DNA from: the human T2T-CHM13v2.0 reference genome, Homo sapiens
Assembly (NCBI RefSeq): GCF_009914755.1
Contig: NC_060932.1
Length of the DNA stretch: 64,000 nucleotides
Reading direction: 5' to 3' (one strand)
The notes below the pieces were generated by a model. The model was given only the letters and a program-made list of their open reading frames with translations. It was not told the origin of the DNA and made no database searches. This document shows, one piece after another, positions 50,026 to 64,000 of this stretch (positions are counted from its first letter, which is position 1; the number at the start of each line of letters is the position of its first letter). The translations under genes and the position numbers were made by a program.

Positions 50026-50310
50026 TGGAGATGGGAGCCTCATTCTGTCACCCAGGCTGGAGTGCAGTGGCGCAATCCCGGTTCACCGCAACCTCTGCTT
50101 CCCCGTTCAAGCAGTTCTCTTGCCTCAGCTTCCTGAGTAGCTGGGATTACAGGTGCATGTGCCACCACACCTGGCTAATTTTTGTATTTTTAGTAGAGAC
50201 TGGGTTTCACCATGTTGGCCAGGCTGGTCTCGAACTCCTGACCTCAAGTGATCCACCCTCATGGCCTCCCAAAGTGCTGGGATTATAGGCGTGAGCCACC
50301 ACGTGCAGCC
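49980..50310 (-). mobile_element. AluS
   Basis: Antisense Alu, TSD AGACAATTTTCT. Confidence 0.95.
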
Positions 50311-51768
50311 TATTAAGACAATTTTCTGTTTGAACTTCACAGGACTTTCAGCTTCTTGGGTTGGGACACATTGTCTATTTGTTGCGTGTGTGGAGAACAG
50401 TGGACAGCAAAGATCAAAACCCTTAGGGGAGAGGGGCAAGAGAGAGGATATGAGTGGGGATTCTCTGCTCCCCTGAACAGTATTCCAGGATTCCTTCACC
50501 AATTGAAGTTCAAGTTTGGTCCTCTGAGCAAAAAGTTTAGAGAAGTTCCTTTATGCGTTTATTTAAATTTAGAATAAACATCTCTGTAGCAATAACAACA
50601 AAGTGAACACTCCCGGTTTTGTTCTTTTCTTATTTTTTTTGTTTTGTGGCTCTCATGCACACATGGAAAAACAACACAAAACAAAACCAGATGAACTGAA
50701 ACCGTTTCTCTATCCAAGGCTCCCATATGTAAGAAAAGGAAAGATTTTTTCCTTCTTGGGCAGGGTTAGATGGTGTTGGTCGGGGGGAGTTGGGAGGGAA
50801 TGGTTCCACCATCCTGTTCCAAAGCTCCAATTCCCCTCCAGTACCAAAGCTGAGTTATCCAAGAGAAGCCCCAGGGAAATTTGCTCCCTGTATACCAAGG
50901 GGATTCGTGAATCTCTCCTCAAGGTAGAGATCATCAAGGATGTGCCCAGCCACTCCATGGAGAGAAGCTGCTGCTGCTCACAAAGAACATTGCATGGTGG
51001 ATTTCCAACTTGGAACTTACATGTGGGGAGGCTCTGGGACTCCTTCCTTTATTCCTTTTCCAGTCCTATTAGTCTCAGATGCATGTTTCCTGGTCACTGA
51101 GGGAGCTGCAGGCCCAAGGACCATATCTGCTTACACTTACCCACAGTGTTTCACTTGCTCTAGCCTGAATGTCAGCATTCCAGGACCACTGAGGGAGGGA
51201 CAGAGCAGAGAGGGCTGGGTCAAGTGGGCAGCTTCCAGGAACACCCCGGGAGACCTGTGGGTAGCTGGGCTGCACTAGAGTCTGGGCACAGCAGCTCTTC
51301 CGAACTGCAGACCCACTCCCTCCCTTTAGTATTGTCCTGTCTCTGTAGGCTTGAGGATTAAAGGCATGAAAAGAGTTCACAAGCCAGTGGCTTAAGACTT
51401 CTCTTGATGTTCCCAGACAGCTCTGTTCAGAGGCATTAGCTGTCAGAGGGAATATTCTGCAAGATTTGAAGCTGTGGCATGGTTTGCTCGTCCAACCTTC
51501 TTTACTCCCATATTTGGCCTTTGCAGTTGACAAGTAGAGCTGGTTTGCCTTCCTCCAAAAATGTCCATGGAGAGGAGCAAAGAAGACCTAGGAACAATGA
51601 AGGGAAAGGGAAATAAAAAAGGGGAAAGCCAATACCAAAGAAACGGGTTAGGAAATTTTCCAAGGAAGGTTGATCTGAATGAAAAAATAATCACAAGTTT
51701 TCTTTTTAGAGCAGATAATGTATCTCCGTGTGTGTATATATTACAGCCTCACTTAGAAATGCCACAGG

Positions 51769-52034
51769 GGGCTGGGTGCGGTGGCTCACTCCTGTAATCC
51801 CAGTACTTCGGGAGGCTGAGGAGGGTGGATCAACTGAGGTCAGGAGATCCAGACCAACCTGGCCTACCTGGTGAAACCCCGTCTCTACTAAGAATACAAA
51901 AATTAGCCAGGCGTGGTGGTGTGTGCCTGTAGTCTCAGCTACTCGGGAGGCTGAGGCAGGAGAATCACTTGAACCCAAGAGGCGGAAGTTGCAGTGAGCT
52001 GAGATCGCACCATTGCGCTCAACCCTGGGCGACA
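51769..52034 (+). mobile_element. AluS lacking its 3' end and A tail
   Basis: Alu consensus stops at CTGGGCGACA. Confidence 0.93.
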
Positions 52035-53034
52035 CATCAACTTTCATAAAGCCAGGCAGGTGGAACTTAACACTTCCTGGTGAAAAGGACTTTGTGGGTG
52101 AGGTTCTTGGACAGCTGTCCCAGGGAACTCCTGGGAGAAAGATCTGGTTCACCCGAGACTGGTGGAAAGCAACCTGTGCTAAAAACTTGCTTTCAGCCAA
52201 GAAAGCCAGGATTTGGCTAAGAGATAAGCGTGGGCACGTTTGACCCTTTTGTGTCTTTCATTTGATATTAACATAGCTAGACAAGAGGGAGAAGGGTGAC
52301 CTCAAAGTGATAAGGTCTGTTTCCTTTAGAACTAGAGGACCCAAAGATCTCTTTGTTTTGTTTCTGCCTGGAAGACAAGTAGAGCTCATTCCAGTTCTGT
52401 AAAAGGTCACCAAATACCCTGCAGTCTTGTTGTAGTAACTGTTTCTGTGAACTTGCTTCAAAGGAAGCAAACATACTATTTAATACTGACCAAAGACACC
52501 TGGGGTTGTTTTCTGCTTCTTGTTGTTTGTTGTTTTATTTTGCAAGAGCAGATAATGATCAGTTTAGAGTCTGGTTTCCCTGGTGCCAAAAACAAACCCT
52601 AGTACCTCCTGTTTCTGGCTCAACTGTCCCCAGCCGTCTCAAGTGATCCAGTTGGAACGCGGAGAACAGAGAACAACTGACTTCCCCTTCCCCTGGGTGG
52701 TGCGTTAGAGTTCTTTCCCAGATGACACACAGTATCTGAGACTCTGCCATGGAGGAATCCACTCTGTGGGGACCTTCTCCTTTCCAGTCCCCAACCCGAA
52801 TTTCTTCACAAAGTAGCAATAATTAGTTCCTAGGGCACATGGTGCTTTGCAGTCTGCACAGCTGAAATGGCTAGTCACAAGATGGTTTGTAATTTTAAAT
52901 ATACCTGTGCCCCACCCAGATTTCAACACATTAGGAATTATTCCACTCCTACAACCTGGTGACTGGGAGGAAGGAGAGAAGAGGGGTCAGGATTCAAAAG
53001 AGCAGCTGCAGGGCTCAGATCTGCTGTCCCCTGC

Positions 53035-54960
53035 CTGCTAATAATAGCTCCCATTTTAGCCAGCGCTCACTCTGCCAGGTATGTGCTAAGCACTTCTTTG
53101 TTGCCTCTGATCCCCGAGACAGCTCTGGAAGATGCAGGTGATTCCTATTTTGATTATGGGGAAACTAAGGCTTTGAGAGATGGAGGAATTTGCCTAAACT
53201 CGCAAAGCCAGTAAAAACTGGAAGCGGGTCTGAACTTCCTTCTGGTTCTCAAGCACTGCGCTTTTCATTCTCACACTGTACTGCTGCTTCAAGCTGATGA
53301 ATTTAGCAAGAGTGGGTACCAGGAAATGCCAGTGAGACAGGAAGGGAACAACTGCCAAAATGCCAAACCAAAAGGGGTTTGAAACCTGAGAGTTGGCAGT
53401 TCACCACTGCAAAACCACGGGGCTGCGTGGAGGTATTCATGGGACACCGAGTGGTATCACTAGCAGCGGACTCTGCATGCTTACTTAGAGCATAAAAGGA
53501 TAGCACCCTTGGCCATTGCCTGACATGAACTCAGTTTGGAAATTGCAGAGGTGTGGAGAGCCATGGATGGGTTTTATAATTTATTCTAATGTAATCTCTG
53601 TGCTAAAGGCTGTTTGAAAAAAATAATGAAGTTGATGTTGCTTAAGTTATATGCAAATGTAAACTGGTCTTCCTTCAAGATGTTTGGAATGGAATGAATG
53701 CCCTTCCCCTGGGTACCTCCCAATACCTACCCTCAAAAGAGCTCCAGTAAGGCTTCCTTATCTTTCCTTGCCCTGCTTCCTACACTGCTGCTGCAGGTGT
53801 CTCTGGGTGATTGTGGGGGAAACCACTGTGGTTAAGCACCAACACCAAGACATGGCACCAAGCTATCTTCTCCCTCACCGTACAGCCAGGCGGGCTGCTT
53901 GGTGGATTTGAGGTCACCCTCTCCGTCTGTCTCTCCCTGATAGTTACATTTCTCTTCCATCACTGTGTGTTTGGCAGTGGATGAACCTAGAGCATTACAT
54001 ACATTTTTTAAAATTTATTTTTTTCTGTTACTGATCTGAATGGGTAGATGAAAATTACATACATTTTTAAGAGAGCACTTACTATATGCCAGGCATTGTT
54101 CTAAGTCCTGTACACATCTTAACTCTTATCCTCATAAAATGGCACAAAGTGGGTAGCACTATTATCTCCATCTTATAGATGATAAAAATTGGGGCCCACA
54201 GAAATTAAGTAACTTGCGCATGTTACGCAGCTGATGAGTAGGAATCTGGGCTGCTTAATCCTTTGCTTCTCTTCCATAGTGGTTCTAGCGTGAGTCAGAG
54301 TGTTCATTCAGACATCTCTTCCTGGGCATGCTAGCCCCATCCATGGTTGGGTTGCTGCTGCTATAACTGGCTCTTGGTGGCAACACTGAAATTATATCAG
54401 GTTCCCAGGTGAACGTGTTGCTATTTTAGGTGGTCAAGGATAATATCGCAGAGTGCTGTTGATATTCTCCACAGGGTGGCTCTGAACGATTCATCTTCCT
54501 CTGGGACACCCTCTTCACTTGCTTTGTATCTGGGCACTGTGACTCAGTTTCTAAGGTTATCAACTACGAGTGCTAGATACATTTGGTGGTGTCATTGCCT
54601 ATTCGTAGAACATGCCGTCAGCCATCCTGGAAAGGCATACAGCAGAACACCATAAGAGGAGCAGTATTTGGGGTCACTCCCCAAATGACCCTGCAGGAAC
54701 ATGCCAATTCCAGAGCTTAAGAGGGAACTTGGAGGGAGTGAGGATAATAATAGCTAATGCTTATTAAGCCCTTACAATATGCCATCTCTGATCTAAGCAC
54801 ATTCTGGGAACTACCTCATTTAATCCTCACCACAACCAGCTGATGCAGATCCTATTACTATCCCCCATTGGCAGATGAAGAAAATGAGGCACAAAGAGGG
54901 GACCTGATTTCCCACAATCACCAGGCTCATAAACGGGATCCAGGATTCCAACACAGCCAG
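53035..54960 (-). mobile_element. Three MIR fragments (~53040-53240, ~54070-54240, ~54745-54955)
   Basis: GGGAAACTAAGGCT, CCATCTTATAGATGA...AAGTAACTTGC, CTCATTTAATCCTCACCACAACC...GAAAATGAGGCACA cores. Confidence 0.7.
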
Positions 54961-55560
54961 CAGCTTCAAAGATTGGGCTCAAACATGGTGCTACAACTGG
55001 CCCCTGAACCCATGTCCTTCCCTGTGCTTTATTTTGGGGAGATGAGGACTTTCAGCTATCTTATTGCCATCTCGTTTTCAGCCTTGAAGGAGCCCTTAGA
55101 AATAAAGTGAAAAGAAAACCTGGCCTGAAACAACTGCCAAATCCCAATTAGGGAACAAGGTTGGGAGGAGAGAGGAGGGGGCAGGATCTGACCAGGTTGT
55201 AATTCAGTAACTGATGTCTCTAATTGATCACTGAGAGGAAGAAGCAGGAATGGCCTTCTCAGTCAGCATTCATGGTGGCAGGAGAATCCAGGATCTGTTC
55301 CTTGACCTTCTTGTTCTGGAAATGAGACTTCAGCCCTGTTCATCCTTTGGCTCCCACACTACCTACTGGACTCTCCTTGCCACCTGTTGCTGCTGATTGC
55401 TCACCCCCATTTCTAAGACACTGACAGGAAGGAAGGGTGTCTCCCAGCTGGCAGCATAGGTTTCATTTTAGCATCCGAAAAGCTGAGCATCACCACTCCG
55501 ATTGCTGTTAATTATAACATTAGTACTTTATTTTGGATGACGTTTAAAAAGTTATGCAAA

Positions 55561-57010
<1,450 letters not shown>

Positions 57011-57689
57011 TTAAAAATCAACAAAAAATTTTATGTAAAAAGTTCTGTGGGGTTTAATCTTTTAGCAGTTCATAAATCCATTAACATTTGCCACAGCTAC
57101 CCTACAGAGAGGCATACTATGTGAACACCACACTTGGCTTTCTGAGCTGGAACTAAAAACACCATTACTCTACTCCTTGGAGTTTCCCCAGAGTGAGTCT
57201 GTCCACACGTGGTTGCTATTGGACCCTACCTGTTGCTACTGTATCACTGTGCTGTGTTACTAAGGAGTGTGACACGTTCTGACTTTCAAAGCATTTACAC
57301 AGTGAATAATACCACTTTTGTGCTCCTTGGTATAAGGCCACATCTTCAAGTACTTCAGCATTTAAAAAAAAAAAGTGAGCAAAGGATTTATCTGGCTAGA
57401 GTTTAAACTCCAATCATTATTTAGTCAGGGACAGAGCCAATTGTAGTGTTTAAACAGCATTATTATTTAGACAGGGACAGAGCCAAGTTTACGGAATTCT
57501 GGAAGGCAAGCTTAACCTCGGGGTACCTTAGCAGTGTTCTATGTGCTGGTCCTGAGCATTTAATCCAGAGCAAACTGGTGATCCATTTATAACCCAAGTT
57601 TTCTCTGTAAACTGGAAATAAAAAGATGGATAAGGCATAACTCCTGCTGTCTGTCATGGGGTTGAAAGTCTAACAGAGGCGTAGAAATA

Positions 57690-58210
57690 ATGCGACTAGG
57701 GTACAATAAGTGTTAATCAGCACATATTCAAAGTGTGTTGGGTGACTGGGGTCAGGGTCCAGGGCAAGGTCACAGAGATGAGATGGCATTTGAGCCACAT
57801 CCTGAAGGAAGAATGGAGTTTTCCAGGATGACAAAACACAAAACGAAGGAATATGCATATTCCTTTTGCATATGCAGAAGGAACTGCATATGCAAAACCT
57901 CAAAGCATGGCAGGATGGGACACCCAGAAAACCACAAGCAGCCGTGTGTGGGTAGAGCAAAGGCGAGTAGGAGAGTGGCAGATCCTGAAAGGACATAGAA
58001 AGAACTGAGATTTTGTCATAGCTCAATGGGCAACATGGGCAACTGTTGAAGGGTTTTAAGTGTGGAAGGGGCCTGGAGGGGCATGATCAGGTTTTCATTT
58101 CAAAAAAGAAATTTAAGTCTGGTGGATGGATTTGAAGCTTGGGACAAGGAGACTAGTCTGAAGATTGTCAGAGGAATCCAGGTGAGAGGTGAAGAAAGCC
58201 CAGGTTCCAG
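57690..58210. mobile_element. L2 remnant
   Basis: GGCATTTGAGC..CCTGAAGGAAGAATGGAGTTTTCCAGG; GAAGGGTTTTAAG; ATCCAGGTGAGAGGTGA motifs. Confidence 0.6.
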
Positions 58211-58639
58211 AGCTATTTCAGAGGCAGCAGAGACAAGAATTGTAACTATTTCACTAGAATGAAGTTCAAAATGAGGTCACCGTTCCTTTCATCTTGGAAT
58301 TATAGCAAGGTGAAGCCCGCAGAGCTGAAGGGCAGCTGGTTCCTCCTGTACCCGCTTCTTGTGGCCAAGCCGCAGGAGCCTCAGCCTTGCCATGGGAATG
58401 GGGCCTGTAGCTGCTTTTTCTCTCTCCTTCCTCTTCTCTAGGGCACCCTTACTCAGCCTTCCTAAACTATTTGAAGACATGGCCTTTAAATTTCCTGTTG
58501 TCTTAATTTATTTTTTTTTTGACTCAGTTTTATGGATACTTCAAAAATCAAGAAAGAATAAGAAGATAGTAAAGAATGTTCCTCTCAGCCACCCTGCATC
58601 CATCCATTTCCCACCCCAACCTGCAAAAGGTAACCACTG

Positions 58640-58835
58640 GATGGGCCCGGTGGCTCACACCTGTAATCCCAGCATCTTGGGAGGCCAAGGTGAGCAGATC
58701 ACTTGAGCCCAGGAGTTCAAGACCAGCCTGGGTAACATGGGGAAACCCCATCTCTACAAAAACACCAAAATTAGCTGGACGTGGTGGCGCATGCCTGTAG
58801 TCTCAGCTACTCGGGAGGCCGTGGTGGGCGGATCT
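58640..58835 (+). mobile_element. AluJ-like, 3' truncated
   Basis: Alu consensus ending mid right arm. Confidence 0.9.
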
Positions 58836-59779
58836 GTTACTAGTCTCTTATGTATCCTTCCAGGGATTTTTGTAAACCTATAGTCAAGCAAATATGATTT
58901 TACGTTCTTCCTTTCCCCCTTTTATTTCCATTCTTTCTTGGGGACAGGGGTCCTTCTTAGGATAAAGTTAGGAAGCCCCAGGGGAACTCATTCAGACCTA
59001 AGGAGTCAGTCCTAGTTGCCGTTGTCTATTAGTAAGCCCTTTTCCTCTGCAATACCTTACAGTCTAAGGGCCCCAAACAAAAAGCCTTCCAGTGGGGCAA
59101 GGCCTGATTGCCTTAGGAGGCCCCACAATGGCCGAGGCCTCCATCTATCCCTGGACCTACTGAAGTAACTGAGGCACCCATGCTGGCCTGCACCAGACAG
59201 TGTGTGTGAGACCCTTGAACACAGTGGAAATGCAGGCATCACTGAGGCACCCAGCCTCAGGCTGAGGACAGAGTGCCTGTGCTGTAATTAGATGTGACTC
59301 CTCCACAGCCAAGAGGGCCTACACTCTCAGTGACGATTCTTCCATGACATTCAGGCACTTTCCCCAGGTACAGCCATGGCAGAAGATGGCTGGGCACAAG
59401 GGACCAGCTGCACGCTGCTCCTGGAGTCAGCTCTCCAGGACAGGCCTCAACCTTGGGCCTCTTCAGAAGCACTGCTCCTATTTCTTGCCAGCCGATCTCA
59501 GCCCAAGCCACCCAAGTCTGCACCCCCCTGAGTACAGTGGAGATATTACATTAACTTTGAAATAAAAGGAGAGACTCTAGGTCTCACTGCTCCCTTCCAG
59601 AAGCTTCTTTTGCCTCTTGCAAACATGGGTGGCTTTGGGAGGAGTGCCAGCACACTTCATATACCAGAAGCACCTCAGCCCTGAGGTCTTGGGGACATAG
59701 ATAGGTTCTTCATCTCACGTGATGGGGACTGAGCTCTTTTTGGTGGGTAAAGTGGATTGAAATAAAGGAGGAGGGCTGA

Positions 59780-60085
<306 letters not shown>

Positions 60086-60120
60086 CTGAGACCCATGGAG
60101 GTTAAGTAACTTACTTTTAA

Positions 60121-60885
<765 letters not shown>

Positions 60886-61112
60886 GTCAGAAGTCGAACT
60901 GGGATTCAAACCCAACAGTTTGACTTCAAAGCCAGAACTCTTAACCATAATCTTCATTATGCTGTTGTTTTAGAAGAATTAAATGAGGTCCACAGTTGGT
61001 AAGGTCTTTCTCTACAGTTTGAGACTTTCTTTTAATAGTCTTTGAGTACATTAACACATGTATGCACATACATTTTTGCTAAATGGATAGATTATAGCTG
61101 CTCTTGCCATAA

Positions 61113-61490
<378 letters not shown>

Positions 61491-61635
61491 CTTTTATCCT
61501 CTTCTCATAGACTTTCCATTTTTAGTATTTTTTTGTGAGTCTTTCTTCTTTTTCTTCTCTTTATTCTCCTCTCCCTCCTTTTCATGCCTCATACTTTATG
61601 ATGCTTGGTATATGAGGCCATCATCAGTTTTATAA

Positions 61636-62039
<404 letters not shown>

Positions 62040-62063
62040 AGATAACCTTTAAGAATTCTTAGA

Positions 62064-63770
<1,707 letters not shown>

Positions 63771-64000
63771 TTAGAAAATATGAGAATATTTAAAATTAGG
63801 ATACATCAAACATCATGATTTTGCCACAATTTGATGATTTTCATTAAAAGAAAAATTCATGTAATTTGTAACCATTTTACTGTTTATACGTATCTCATAA
63901 CATCATGCTGTATACTTTAAATACACAAAATAACATTTTTTAAAAAAATACTTAGAAAATATGAGAATATTTAAAATTAGGATACATCAAACATCATGGT

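Noticed and set aside
48919-53911. Cluster of 60-165 aa ORFs on both strands
   Set aside because: No recognisable domain, coherent exon structure or processed-pseudogene hallmarks; compatible with chance in GC-richer DNA
57416-57488. Repeat-spacer-repeat pattern reminiscent of CRISPR
   Set aside because: Only two copies, in human DNA, with no cas genes; a simple duplication

Overview
Human/primate, Alu-dense genomic DNA. I recognise it from sequence as the 5' end of AZIN1 (antizyme inhibitor 1, 8q22.3) on the minus strand. The window holds a TATA/Inr CpG-island promoter (~17.2-19.1 kb), exon 1 (~18404-18048), exon 2 (12393-12256) and a 5'-leader cassette exon (4382-4237). The AZIN1 main ORF starts beyond the left edge. 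The key functional element is missed by the ORF track: the AUU-initiated, intron-split 52-codon upstream conserved coding region (uCC) ending ...EPPWEPS-stop. This is the known polyamine/eIF5A-sensing ribosome-stalling peptide. Around it the sequence shows several AUG uORFs and candidate alternative splice sites that could rewire this sensor, which I infer rather than know. Right of the island lies ~45 kb of mostly repeat-derived sequence (about 40 Alus plus L1, L2, MIR, MaLR/ERV LTRs and Tigger/mariner/hAT fossils). It probably corresponds to the divergent lncRNA AZIN1-AS1/MAILR. No conventional protein-coding exon is supportable; nearly all ORFs in the track are Alu/L1/LTR or GC-island artefacts. 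Repeat boundaries and subfamilies were assigned by eye and are approximate.
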